From: Chiloscyllium plagiosum
Lineage: Eukaryota
Assembly: GCF_004010195.1 (NCBI RefSeq)
Contig: NC_057725.1
Coordinates: 22,021,296 to 22,085,295, forward strand
DNA: 64,000 nucleotides
Reading direction: 5' to 3'
In this document: positions 25,490 to 38,285 of the stretch, piece by piece
Numbering within the stretch: the first letter of the stretch is position 1
Layout of the letters: each line of letters opens with the position of its first letter
Program-made: the position numbers and the translations under genes
The notes under the pieces: model-generated
What the model was told of the DNA's origin: nothing
Databases searched by the model: none
The model's input: only the letters and a program-made list of their open reading frames with translations

Positions 25490-27370
25490 TGTTTTCAACA
25501 GGAATGGCCACAGGGGATTCCTACACTCGCTGCCTATTCCCTGAGTCTTTCCTGGTGGTCACTCAGCTACTCTCCGCCAGCACCTTAGGTGTGACCACCT
25601 CACTAAAACTCTTATCTATGAAGCACTCAGCATCTCGGATGATCTTTAGTATATTCAGTTCCAGCTTCAGCTCCAGCTCCTTAATGCGGTCTCCCAGGAG
25701 CCACAGCTGGGTGCACCTCTGACACGTGTAGTCATCAGGGACAATGGAAGTCTCCCTGAGCTCTCACATCATACAGGAGGAACATACAACTGCCCTAACT
25801 GCCATCTTAACTACTGTAAAACTAAAAAGGAATGTAAAAAGGATTGTCTGGATTAAATTCCATCTGTCATTTTTGTGCCTATGTTTCTAACTGATCTATG
25901 TCCTACTGTATCCTCTGATAATCCTTCTCACTATGCACAACGCCACCAGTCTTTGTATCGCTCGCAAACTTACTAATTAGACCAGCTCTGTTTTCCTCCA
26001 AATCATTTATGTCAACATGAACGCCAGAGGTCCCAGCACTGATCCCTGTAGAACACCACTAGTCACAGCCCTCCATTCAAAAAAGCATCCTTTCACCACT
26101 ACCCTCTTAACTCCTATGACTAGGCCAGTTCTGTATTCATCTTGCCAGTTCAGTCCTGATACCATGTGAATTCATCTTTTGCCATGTCTGCCATGAGGGA
26201 CCTTGTCAAAGGCTTTACTGAAGTCATGTAGACAACATCAACTGCTTTTGCCTCATCAATCATCTTCATCAACTCCTCAAAACTCGATCGAGTTAGTAAG
26301 GCATGACCTCATCTGTACAAACTATGCTGTCTATCATTAATAAGTCCATTTGTTTCTAAACATGTATAGATCTTGTCCCTGAGAATCTTTTCCAATAATT
26401 TCCCTACCACTGACATGAGGCTCACGGGTCTGTAATTTCCAGGATTATCCCTGCTACCCTTCTTAAACAATGGGACAACATTGGCTATTCCCCAGTCCTC
26501 TGAGACCTCACCTCTGGCTAAAGAGGATACAAAAATGCCTGTCAATGCTCCAGCAATTTATTCTCTTGCCTCCCTCAATACTCTGGGTTATATTCCATCA
26601 GGATCTGGGGACTTATCTACCTTAATACTGTTTAAGATGCACACCTCTTCCTTTTTATTAGCAACTTGGTTTAGAGACTCAACATTCCCTTCCCGGAGAT
26701 CATCCTCCACCTGTTACTTCGCTTTGGTGAATAGTGACACAAAATATTCGTTTAGGGCCTCACCTACCTCTACTGGCTCCACACATAGATTCCCTCCTGT
26801 GTCCTTCAGTGGGCCAACCTTTTCCCTGACTACCTTCTTGCTTTTTATATATATAAAAAGCCTTGGCATTCTCCTTAATCCTGCTTGCTAATGACTTTTC
26901 ATGATCCCCTTTAGCCCTTCTAGTTCATTGTTTAAATTATTTCCTACTTTCTTTATATACTTCAAGGGCTTTATCAGTTCATATCCTCCTTGACCTAATG
27001 TATGCATCCTTTATCTTTCTGATCAAGGTCATAACATCCCAAGTTCATGTAACTTGCCATACCTATCCTTCATTCTCAAAGGAATATGTCATTCCTGAAC
27101 TCTTCCCCCATATTTGATGTAGTTGTATCCTCAACAAAATTCCAATCAAAATTCCCCAGTTCCTGCCTAATATTGTTGTAGTTTGCCTTCCCCCAGTTTA
27201 ACACCTTCATCTGAAGACTGCTGTTATCCCTATCCATGAGTATCTTAAAACTCACAGTATTATGGTCACTACTCCCAAAATACTACCCTTCACCCCACCC
27301 CAAACCTTCACTCACCTGACTGGGCTCATTTCCCAAAACCAGGTCCAATATAACCCCCTCCCTGGTTGGA
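25490..27370 (-). mobile_element. CR1 LINE fragments (ORF2 middle part; probable ORF1 relic at 25490-25810)
   Basis: ORF 26309-26545 (V.EDWGIANVVPLFKKGSRDNPGNYRPVSL.SVVGKLLE) and RT domain relics. Confidence 0.88.
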
Positions 27371-27664
27371 CTGTTTACACAAGAAACTGGGAAAAAACAC
27401 ATTCTCTTCCTCAAAGAGCAAAATAGGATCATTTGCATCCATTTAAAGAGGGGGCCAGGGTTTAACATCTTATCCGAATGAAGGTACCTGTGACAGTGCA
27501 GCACTTCCTCAGCATTGCATTGGGAGTTCCTACTCTAGATTTTGAATTGTCTGGAGTAAGACTTGAACCTGCAATCTTCTGATTCAAAGTGGGGATTGTA
27601 GAGGTATTAACACAAAACGTGAAAGCAGGAAGTATCTATTTAGCCCATCTGCTTTACTCTGCCA

Positions 27665-30545
27665 ACCTGGTTGATGTTCAGGGGGCTGGGAACCAGAAGA
27701 GAAGACGAGTAGACAGTGAGGTGGAAACTAGAGACTGTAAGGATCATGAAGTTAGCATTACCAAGGGGAAGAGTAGGCAGGGAGCAGATGAATGCAAAGG
27801 AACTGGTGGTCTGAAGTGCACATACTTTAATGCAAGGAATATTGTGGGTAAGGCAGACGAATTTAGGGCTTAGATTGGTGTCTGGGAGTATTAGGCGAAA
27901 GTGAGGACTGCAGATGCTAGAAACCAGAGTTTAGTTTTGAGTGGTGCTGGAAAAGCACAGCAGGTCAGGCACCATCTGAGGTGCAGGATAATCGATGTTT
28001 CAGACAAAAGCCCTTAATCAGAAATGGAGCCTGTCTAGAAGTATGACGTTACTGTGATCACAGAGACTTGGTTGAAAGAAGGGCATGATTGGCAACTAAA
28101 TGTTCCAGGATATAGATGATTTAGACAGGACAGGGAGGGAAGTAAAAGTGGGGAGGAGTTGCATTGCTGGTCAGGGATGATATCACGGTTGTGATAAAGG
28201 AGGACACTATGGACAGCTTGAGCAGTGAGGCATTATGGGTAGAGCTGAGAGATAAGAAGGGTGCAGTTACATTGTTGGGGCTGTACTACAGGCCTCCCAA
28301 CAGTGAGCGTGAAGTAGAAGAACAAATAGGTAAACAGACTATGGAAAGATGTAGAGGCAACAGGGTGGTGGTGATGAGAGATTTTAATTTTCTCAACATT
28401 AACTGGGATATACTTAGTGTCAGAGGTCTGGATGGGGCAGAATTTGTGAGGAGCGTCCAGGAGAGTTTTCTAGAGCAGTATGTCAATAGTCCAACTAGAG
28501 AAGGGGCCATATTGCATCTGGTGTTGAGGAATGAGCCAGGCTAGGTGGTAGAAGTTGCGGTGGGGGATTTCTTTGGGAATAGTGACCACAATTCAGTAAG
28601 TTTTAGAATACATGTACTCGTAGACAAAGATATGAGTGGTCCTAAGGGAAGTATACTAAACTGGGTCAAGGCCAATTATATCAAAATTCGGCAGGAATAT
28701 GGATTGGGGGCAACTATTTGAAGGGAAGTCCACATTTGATGGGAGGCTTTCAAAGAAAGGTTGAAGATAGTGCAGGACAGGCATGTCCCTTTGAAAACAA
28801 GGGATAGGAAAGGCAAGAATCGTAAACCGTGGATGATAGAGAAATTGTGCGACTAACCAAGAGATAAAGGGAAGCATACATAAGGTCCAGGCAGCTAAGA
28901 ACAGAACAGGCCTTGGAGGAATATTGGGAGAGTAGGACCAATCTTAAACAAGGAATCAAGCAGACTAAAAGGGGTCATGAAATAACTTTAGTGAGCAGAA
29001 TTATGGAGAATCCCAAGGCCTATTATTCATATATGAGAAGCAAGAGGGTAACTAGAGAAAGGGTTGGTCCACTAAAAGATAAGGAAGGAAGATTGTGTGT
29101 CGAACCTGAGAAAATGGGTGAGATTCTCAATGATTACTTTGCATCAGCATTCACTGAGGAGAGGGACATGATGAATGTTGAGATTAGAGATAGAAGTTTG
29201 TTTACTTTGGATCACATTGACGTAAGGAGGGAGGATGTGTTGGGTAGGCTAAAGGATATTAAGGTGGACAAATCCCAGGACCGAATGGGATCTATCCCAG
29301 GTTGCTGAGGGAGGCAAGAGGGGAAATAGCTGAGCCCTGACAGATATCTTTCTAATATCCTTAAACATAGGTGAGGTGCCAGAGGACTGGAGAGTTGTTA
29401 ATGTTGTCCCCCTGTACAAGAAGGGTAGTAGGGATATTCCAGGTAACTACAGACCAGTGAGCCTGACATCAGTGGTGGGAAAGTTGCTGGAGAAGAGAAT
29501 AGGCTTATCAGTGATAGGCAACATGGTTTTGTGCGGAGGAGATCGTGCCTTACCAACTTAATAGAGTTCTTTGAGGAAGTGACCAAGTTTATAGATGAAG
29601 GAAAGGCTTCCCCATGGTAAACTAATGGAGAAAGTGAAGTCACATGGTGTGCAGGGTTTTTTAGCTAGGTGGATAAAGGAGTGGTTGAGCAACAGGAGAC
29701 AGAGAGTAGTAGTTGAAGGGAATTTCTCAAAATGGAGAAAGGTGACTAGTAGTGTTCCACAGGGATCAGTGCTGGGGCCAGTGTTGTTTGTGATAAACAT
29801 AATGATCTGGAAGAGGGCATTGTTGGTCTAATCAGTAAGTTTGCAGATGACACAAAGATTGGTGGAGTCACAGAAAGCATTGGGGACTGTCAAAGAATAA
29901 AGGAAATATATGGTATGCTTTTTCTTCATCGGATGGGGCATTGAATATAAGAGCTGGCAGATCATGTTAAAATTGTACAAGACTTTGGTTCGGCCGCATT
30001 TAGAATACTGTGTACAGTACTGGTGGCCACATTACCAAAAGGATGTGGACGCTTTGGAGAGGGTGCAGAGAAGGTTTACGAAGATGTTGCCTTGTATGGA
30101 AGGTGCTAGCTATGAGGAGAGGTTGAGTAGGTTAGGATTGTTTTCATTAGACAAAAGGAGACCAAGGGGAAACCTGATTGAGGTTTACAAAATCATGAAG
30201 GGTATAGACAGGGTGGATACAGATAAGCTTTTTTCCAGGGTGAAGGATTCAGTAATGAGAGGTCACGCATTCAAGGTGAGAGGAGAAATGTTTAAGGGGG
30301 ATACATGCGGAATGTACTTTACACAGAGGGTGGTAGGTGCCTGGAATACATTGCCAGCAGAGGTAGTAGAGGCAGGCATGGTAGATTCATTTAAGATGCG
30401 TTTGGACAGATACATGAGTAGATAGGGGAGCACAGGGATACAGATCCTTAGGAATTGGGCAACAGGTTTAGACAGTGGATTTAGATCAGCTCAGGCTTGG
30501 AGGGCTGAAGGGCTTGTTCCTGGGCTGTAAATTTTCTTTGTTCTC
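27665..30545 (+). mobile_element. Long degenerate CR1 LINE (APE endonuclease plus RT plus 3' tail)
   Basis: LKCTYFNARNI..K, ETWL, GLYYRPPNS, DFNF.NINW, NYRPVSLTSVVGKLLE, VPQGSVLGP and RPHLEYCVQ motifs broken by stops, frameshifts and deletions; a family A element is inserted at about 27893-28030. Confidence 0.95.
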
Positions 30546-32379
30546 ATTACTGTAGACACGTCCGTTGGCCTCATGCCCCACATCTCACTGCAGGAGTCAG
30601 ACTGAGTAAGTGCCTCTTAAATATTTGGAGAAAGGTACATGGATCTAACACCAAGTCATTTCAAGAGCATGGAAAGAAAGATCTCTCCTTTAAGATGTTC
30701 CACTCGTACCTAAATATATGGACTATTAAATTAATATCTCAATGATCTCTTGAACAGCTAACTCTAATTAGTCATGCTTTAGAAAACAAAGAAAGCTGTC
30801 GTTCCCAGTGGGCCATTAATTAAAAAGCTGCAACACATCATTAAGTCTTTCGATGGGTCAGTAAGGAAAGAGAGCAAATTTATTAAAATACAATGCTCTC
30901 CCTGTGAAACATTGAGAAAAAAAATTGCAGCCCAGCGGGATACTGCACTCATTATTGGAATAAACAAGGAGTTGTTTTCTTTGCAGGATGATCTGGATGT
31001 ACTGTCTGAAACGGAGGAGGAAAGGGAGATTCGAATAAGTTTCAACAGAGAATTTGATCAGCGTATTTGGAAAATTATAATTTACAGAGCTATGGAAAAA
31101 GAACAGGAAAGTGAGACTAATTATTCAGCTCTTACAAAGAGTCAGCAGTGGCATGATGAATTGAATGATCTTCTTTAACGCTTTGAGTTCCTTTTGATTC
31201 CTGGCATGTGATGGGACCTGTCACTTAGAACAAATGCGTGCCCTGAGGCTCTTCTGAAAGACAATAGGAGCGCCAAGGGGATTTTACAGATGGCAGCAAA
31301 TGAAGAGGTCATAATCGAAGGGCCAACAGCTCAACAACAGTGACAGTGCCACTAAACACAGCCGAGGCTGCAGGGAGAAGGAGAGAGCAGCTCTGTATTG
31401 AGGTGATGTCGATGGGTTGGTGAGATTCTCTTTAAAGAACAGTGTCCCTGCAAGCAGGATCTGGTGGTCAGATAGGTGAACCCTGCAGTGGCAGAGTTGG
31501 AGCAACAGTGCGATTGAAGAAGGGCCCCTTTATGGCCATTGAAATACCCCAATGTTTCTCAGATTCAGCTTCCTTTCAGTAAACTATTTTACAAGATTGG
31601 TTGCTACCTTTCTTATCAACTTATCAGCAGCATTTTCAAAGCATCTCCCTGACTGCACTGGTCAACAGGAGAAATACATCCGGCTCGTGTAAAACAATTT
31701 TCTCTCCCTCTTTAGTCTTGCCGGTGTCCAAGCCTCTCTCTGACATCTGCAGAGGTGCAGCCATCTGTGCTCTCCTGGACCTCTGAGGCCCACAACATAC
31801 ACTAAGGCTGCTGCCCAGTGACCTATTTCCTGCTTCCTGCTCACATACCACACAGTATATTCACATTGGGAGTTACATTTTGTCACTTACATTTGTAGAA
31901 CAGAGAAGATCATTCAGCCTATTGTGGTGCTGCAGCCAAGTCCTGACATCAGCAGATTTGAACTGCCATCTCTATCCATTTGCTTGCTCTGGTAGAGAGA
32001 TCTCTTATTCCTGGGCTATCAGAACATCCCGCTGTCCACTCTCAGCCTATTGAAGGCACACAGGGAATCATCATCAAACCATGGGGCCATCAATGTCGCT
32101 CCTGGCAGCCAATGCTATGGGAATGGGTCCCTTGACCTTGTCAGTGTTGATCTGGTGATATTTTCTCCTTTATTATCAGAGGAAGCAGGAAATACAGCTG
32201 CCACAAAAAATTACATTAAATCATCATCAACAGATCACCCTTAAGTACTAAATTTCAAGGTAACAAACCAAGGCAACCTCTGATCAGAATTTTATTCCAG
32301 GTTGATTTTCAGACTGGAAGAAAATACTTCAATTTTAATTGGTAAAAAGATAACAATCTCTCCCTCAAAGTGAACAAAA

Positions 32380-33095
32380 TGAAAGAGGTCTCTGTTGGTT
32401 TCAGGAAGCAAGATGGAAGACACACCCTTATCTTCATCAATGCAGCTGTGGTGGAGTTGGTCTAGAGTGTCCTAGGAGTGACGATCACCAACCATCTGTC
32501 CTGGTCTACTCATGTTGAGGCGATGGTCAAGAAAACACAATAACGCCTATACTTCCTCAGAAGTCTAAGGAAACTCGGCATGTCCATAAAGACTCTAACC
32601 AATTTTTAAAGACACATCACAGAAAGCATTCTATCTGGATGCATCAAGGCTTGGTACAGCAACTGCTCTGCCCAGGACCATAAGAAACTACAGAGAGTTG
32701 TGAACACACCCCAGTCCCTCATGCAAGCTCACCTTCCCTCCACTAATTCTATCTATACTTCTCACTGCCTCAGAAAGGTCGCCAACATCATCAAAGATTC
32801 CTTCCACTCCGGTTATAATGTCTTCCAACCTTTTCTGTTGTGCAAAAGATATAAAAGCTTAAACACAGAGACCAACAGATTCAAGAACAGCTTCTTCCCC
32901 ACTGTTATTAGACTTCTGAGTGGACCTCTCAAATTTTAAATTTAATATTGATCTTGCTGTTTGTGCACCTTCTCTGCAGCCATAACATTGTATTCCTTAT
33001 GCACGTTGTATGGTATGATCAGCCTGTACTGCACGTAAAACAAAACTTTTCACTATACCTAGGTTCATGTGACAATAATAAATCAAATCAAATCA
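32380..33095 (+). mobile_element. Rex1/Babar-type LINE 3' end
   Basis: Degenerate KKTQ*RLYFLRSLRKLG..LTNF..ESILSGCI.AWYSNCSAQD.KKLQRVV and T.RFKNSFFP..IRLL; ends in acaataataaatcaaatcaaatc. Confidence 0.8.
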
Positions 33096-33464
33096 TTAAA
33101 GTTTTTTAAAATGTTATCACATGATTCACCATGCACATGCAACTTTATAATTCCATATATTCCTTGGACTTGGAAATTCTTTTACAAATGTGGTCACTGG
33201 TGCATCAACCATCATGTCTGATGAGCTTTTTGGCCACATAAAGAGCACAACTGGTTGGTTGTGAAAGCCTGAACTTCCTGACGAATATCAATCCTGCCTC
33301 TTGTGGTCTTTTCAGCACCTCGCTCTCACTCTCACTCTCATGTATGCTCGTGAATTTGCACCTAATTGATAGTCCAACTCATCTTATTTTTAAGCAGTTT
33401 GCAATTCTGCTCTCCTTCCCTGAGAAACTAGACAGTGTCAATACCAACACAATAAAAGTCAGAG

Positions 33465-33652
33465 CTGGTAATAGCAGGAGAAAGTGAGGACTGCAGATGC
33501 TGGAAATCAGAGTTGAAAAGTGTGGCGCAGGAAAAACCCAGAAGGTCAGGCAGCATCCGAGGAGCAGTAGAATTGAGATTTCGGGCATAAGCCCTTCATC
33601 AGACCTGACCTGCAGTGTTTTTCCAGGGCCACACTTTTTGTACTGGCAATAG
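33465..33652 (-). mobile_element. Family A element with partial fold-back and 10-bp TSD
   Basis: tttcgggcataagcccttcatcag core. TSD ctggtaatag (33465-33474) / ctggcaatag (33643-33652). Confidence 0.7.
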
Positions 33653-34104
33653 TACCCTACCTCTTGCTTCTCTGGATCTTTATCTAATTCTGTTTTCGTC
33701 ACAATATCTCTGAATGTACCATGAGCACCATCCTCTTCCACCCTTTGTCAAGCAAGTTGGCATTGGCAAAGCCCGGTTTCAGACCAACTCATGCACCATT
33801 TCAGATCCTTAGGATTCGGAGCTCAGTGGACACGCAGAATTTCCATGTTTCTGCTTTGCATACAGAGACACACACTCATCTTATGCATTCATGCATGAAG
33901 TGTCTTATGATGTTTGTTTCATTTCTTAATGCTAACTCATGTTATTGTTACCTAGATGCTACCAGCGTATGTGACTTGCATTACGTTTTAGTACACGGAC
34001 TTTTCAGCGCTACATTACAGCCTATCAAGCTGTCTGACTGGCACTGTCTTTTAGTACAGGGGCAGCTTATAGCTTTTCAGAGCATTGAACAATCAAAAGA
34101 GTAG

Positions 34105-34810
34105 AGATGTCAGAAATGATTATCAGAAATGAGATAACAAAAATCCAGAGAAAGTATATTCCTGTCAGGGTGAAAGGGAAGGCTGGTAGGTATAGGGAAT
34201 GCTGGATGACTAAAGAAATTGAGGGTTTGGTTAAGAAAAAGAAGGAAGCATATATCAGGTACAAACAGTATAGATCAAGTGAATCCTTAGAAGAGTATAA
34301 AGGACGTTAGGAGTATACTTAAGAGGGAAATCAGAATGACAAAAAGGGGACATGAGATAGCTTTGGTAAATAGGGTTAAGGAGAATCCAAGGGGTTTTTA
34401 CAAATATATTACGGACAAAAGGGTAACTAGGGAGAGAATACGACCCCTCAAAGATCAGCAAGGCGACCTTTGTGTGGAGCCACAGAAAATGGGGGAGATA
34501 CTAAATGAATATTTTGCATCAGTATTTACTGTGGAAAAGAATATGGAAGATATAGACTGTAGGGAAATAGATGGTGACATCTTGCAAAATGTCCAGATTA
34601 CAGAGGAGGAAGTGCTGGATGTCTTGAAACGGTTAAAGGTGGATAAATCCCCAGGACCTGATCAGGCGTACCCGAGAACTCTGTGGGAAGCTAGGGAAGT
34701 GATTGCTGGGCCTCTTGCTGAGGTATTTGTATCCTCTATAGTCACAGGTGAGGTGCCGGAAGACTGGAGGTTGGCAAACGTGGTGCTACTGTTTAAGAAG
34801 GGCGGTAAAG
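34105..34810 (+). mobile_element. CR1 LINE internal ORF2 fragment
   Basis: ORF 34336-34836 (KENPRGFYKYI..LNEYFASVFT..DKSPGPD..VPEDWRLANVV); same subfamily as 61840-62525. Confidence 0.92.
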
Positions 34811-35884
34811 GAGTGTGTGATGGCGCGTTGAAATAATGTTCAAATGCAGCTTTGTTTGTGGATGTTCGGTTGACTACTTCATGACTCACCCTCACTAGTA
34901 TCTTTACATACTGATGAGGAAAGACACCACTTCGGCTGGGACAACACAACCAGCCATCTGAAATCGAATCTTCCAGCTCAGCGAGCAATCCTACATCCAA
35001 GAGAAATCAGAGTTAATGTTTCATGTCCAGTGCAGTTCTTTCATTTTTTTTGTTAGGATGCATCCCTAATTTAAGTTGCACAGTATCTGATCAAGTCTTA
35101 GAAAGTGATGATGCAGTTTGCAAATGTTATGAGGATCAGATTATGGAAAATGAAGGGCTAACTAACTAACTTAAAAGTAATGCTCAGACAGGACATGGCT
35201 ACTTTCTCCAGAGGGCAACAAACTTGGTGCCAAAATAAAATATTCCAGAGGTGCAAGTGAATGGAGGAATACTGTCATTATAGTGTTATCAGGAAAATCC
35301 ACTAGCAAATATAACATTAGTTACATGTGCGAGGTAAGATTTATGGATTGGTGAAATGTGGTCAAGATGTGAAAGGCTAGAAAGCGCAGTACGAGTTCTG
35401 AAAGTGGACCTGGAAGTGAACATGATCCTAGGAAGAAGATCACAAACGTGCAAAATGAATTTGAGTTATAGCAGAGGACAATCTTATTGCAGTAGTCCTG
35501 AATGAGATAGGTAAAGAGTACAGCTTGGAGTTTAACAAGTACAAGGATTATGTAACAGGCTGAGAATACTCAAGAGAAATAAAAGGCCTTATGATCATAA
35601 AGTTTTAGTGGCTACAAACAAATTAGAAGATAAGTTGCAAAACATTGTCAAAGTAAAAGAGTTAGTGAGTTGGAAAGAATTTGATATATGTATGAAGCAC
35701 CACATAGAGAATAGCCAGCCTTATCAGACAGACAGATAAGGAAACAAAAAATGCTACTAGCTGAGACATAGGAAGCCAGACCAGCGGCTCAATATTCCAA
35801 AGAAAGTCTTGATGATCGAGATATTAGAGTGGAATCCCCTATTGCACAAAAAGTCATCTTCAAAATGATCTCAGTTCTTTTTTA

Positions 35885-36492
35885 ACAACACCCTCACACA
35901 TGCACCCCCTCACAGACTTAAGACACTCTACACTCACATACACACACATATACAATCTTTCTCACACTCACAACCCCCCACCCCAGACAGACAGACAGAC
36001 AGACACACACACACAAAGACCCACATGTACACAGAGACTTATACATTTGTGGGGTGAATTTATACTTGCAGAGTTACATTGTACTTTGCTCAAAAACTGC
36101 ATGAATTCATGTAAGACTCTGTTATCTCACTTTTTAGATTAGAATCAGTCTAAACATTATGGTGCAGACAGAGAACAGAGGAGTTAACACCTTTGATATA
36201 TTGTCTGGCTAACACCAATTGTTACAGTTAACCTGAGAATGTAACTTTTAAAATAAAGCTTTGTGATTTACACATGAAAGAAGTGAAACTACCAGGGTAT
36301 TCAAACAGATGAAAGACTCAACAAACAATCAAGGTATTTTTCAATGTATAATTTCAGTTACATCACATTGTAAATTTTTGGTATAAATTCTGTGTCTTAC
36401 AATTGTGTCCTCCACAACCACCTGATGAATGAGCAGCGCTCCGAAAGCCAGTGCTCCCAATTAAACCTGTTGGACTATAACCTGGTGTTGTG
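35885..36492 (+). mobile_element. PLE-type 3' region (family B) with CA-rich microsatellite and hammerhead-like core
   Basis: Ends in cac-CTGATGA-atgagcagcgctcc-GAAAGCCA-gtg..ttaaacctgttggactataacctggtgttgtg, the reverse complement of 4400-4520. Confidence 0.65.
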
Positions 36493-36576
36493 AGATAAAG
36501 CAGAGTTAACTTTTCAAGTCCAGTGATGCTTCAGAAAATTGTTAATCTCAGGTAGTTGCATCAACGCAGGATTGAC

Positions 36577-36805
36577 AAAGGAAACAACAAAGCAAAAGTG
36601 AACACTACAGATCCTGGAGATCAGAGTCAAGATTAGAGTGGTGCTTGAAAAGCACAGCAGGTCAGGCAGCATCTGAGGAGCAGGAAAATCGACGTTTCAC
36701 GAGAACCCTCTTTCCTGATGAAGGGGTCCTGCCCGAAATGTTGATTTTCCTGCTGCCTGACCTGCTGTGCTTTTCCAGCACCACTCTAATCTTGAAAGGA
36801 AACAA
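36577..36805. mobile_element. Family A fold-back element with 11-bp TSD
   Basis: Inverted arms tcaagattagagtggtgc..gacgtttc / gaaatgttg..gcaccactctaatcttga with a central cctgatgaaggggtcctgcccgaaa. TSD aaaggaaacaa at 36577-36587 and 36795-36805. Confidence 0.75.
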
Positions 36806-36809
36806 TGAG

Positions 36810-38285
36810 GAAGAACTCAGTATTCAGGACGATTTCCTCATACAATGTTGTAGATCCAGTCAGTGGTTAAGTTATTTCGGATCTGGTGATGGATAATGAG
36901 GCAGGTTAAATAAATAATCAGAGTAAAACTCCCTTAGAAAACAGTGACCATACCATTGTAGAATTCCATTGAGAGGGAGGTCCTTGGGTTGAAATCAACT
37001 GTGCTAAACTGAAATAAGGATGTTCACAAAAGAATGAGGATGTTGCTGGCTATGGTTGACTTGGAAAGACGTTTAACAGCAAAGACAGTTGAAGAACAAT
37101 GGCAGACATTTTAATAGTTCATGGTTTAAAGCAAAGACATTCCAGTGAGAAAGAAGGATTCTAGGAAGGTGACAAACCAACTATGGTTATCCAGGCAATG
37201 CAATGAAATTGAACGATCAAAGATACCACGTGGCAACAAGTCATGGTAAGTCAGAGGATTGGGAAAGTTTTAAAAACCAACTAAAGGCAACCAAAAAATA
37301 ATATTGAGAGAAAATAAACTTTTAGGGTCAAGTTACAAGTAATATCAAGATGGACAAGAGCTTCTTTAAATATACAAAAAACATCAGGAGAAGCCAAAGG
37401 GAAGATAGACCCCTAGGAATAAGGTTGAGGAAGAAATAATGAGGAAGCAGAAAATGGCAGAGAAGTTGATTAAAAACTTTGCATCAGTCTTCTCTGTAAA
37501 AGAAACTAAAAGCATTACAAAATTACTAAATCAAGGGGCAAAAGGATGAGAGGAAATAACTACAATAACTATCTTGAGAGGAAAGCGTGTTAGGGTGTTA
37601 AGGATTGATCTCCCCTGAACCTGACAGTATGTTTTTAGGATATTAAAGTAAGTAGACATAGTGGATACGTTGCTATTAATCTTACCAAATCCCTTACACA
37701 CTGGAAAGGTCCCAAAGGATTAGAAAACTGGTGATGTAACACCATTTTTTACACTTAAAAATGGAAAGATGTGATGGAGCATTTCGAAATAAATATTATC
37801 AAGCATAGTCAACATAGTTTCATAAAGTGGATTCAAAACCCTTTATCTAAGAAAAGATATACTGGCATTGGAGGCAGCCCAGGGAAGGTTCACGGGGCTG
37901 ATACCAGGCATAGAGGGACTGTCTTATGACGAGAGGTTGAGTAGGTTGAGTCTGTCCTTGTTGGAATTTAGAAAAATGAGAGGCAACCTTATGAAACAAA
38001 CAAGATTCTTAGGGAACCTCTTAGGATAGACGGAGAAAAGTTGTTTCCACTTGAGAGAGTTTAGGACCATAGGGAATAATCTGAGAATAAGGGGTCACAT
38101 AGTTAAAACCATTGCTGAGGAATTTTTTTCTGAGGGTGTGAATCTTTGGAATTCTTTACCACAGACTGTTGTTGGGGCTGAGTTATTTAAATATGTTAAA
38201 GGATGAAGTAGGCAATTTTTAAATCAGTAAGTGAATCGAGGGTTATGGGGAACAGGTAGGCATGTGCAGTTGAGGATTATTAAAT
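36810..38285 (+). mobile_element. Old fragmented CR1 LINE
   Basis: Degenerate APE-end (acagtgaccatacc), linker (tttgcatcagtcttc) and 3' RT-end motifs. Confidence 0.7.

Noticed and set aside
1-33000. MAPK8IP1 exons expected from synteny
   Set aside because: I found no recognisable MAPK8IP1 peptide; the gene probably lies beyond the left edge, though a short divergent exon could be missed by eye.
33125-33215. Minus-strand MVDAPVTTFVKE...KVAC resembling CRY exon 7 WIDAIMTQLRQE...AVAC
   Set aside because: Only scattered identities and no GWIHHLARH motif, far below the similarity of exons 1-4; probably chance.
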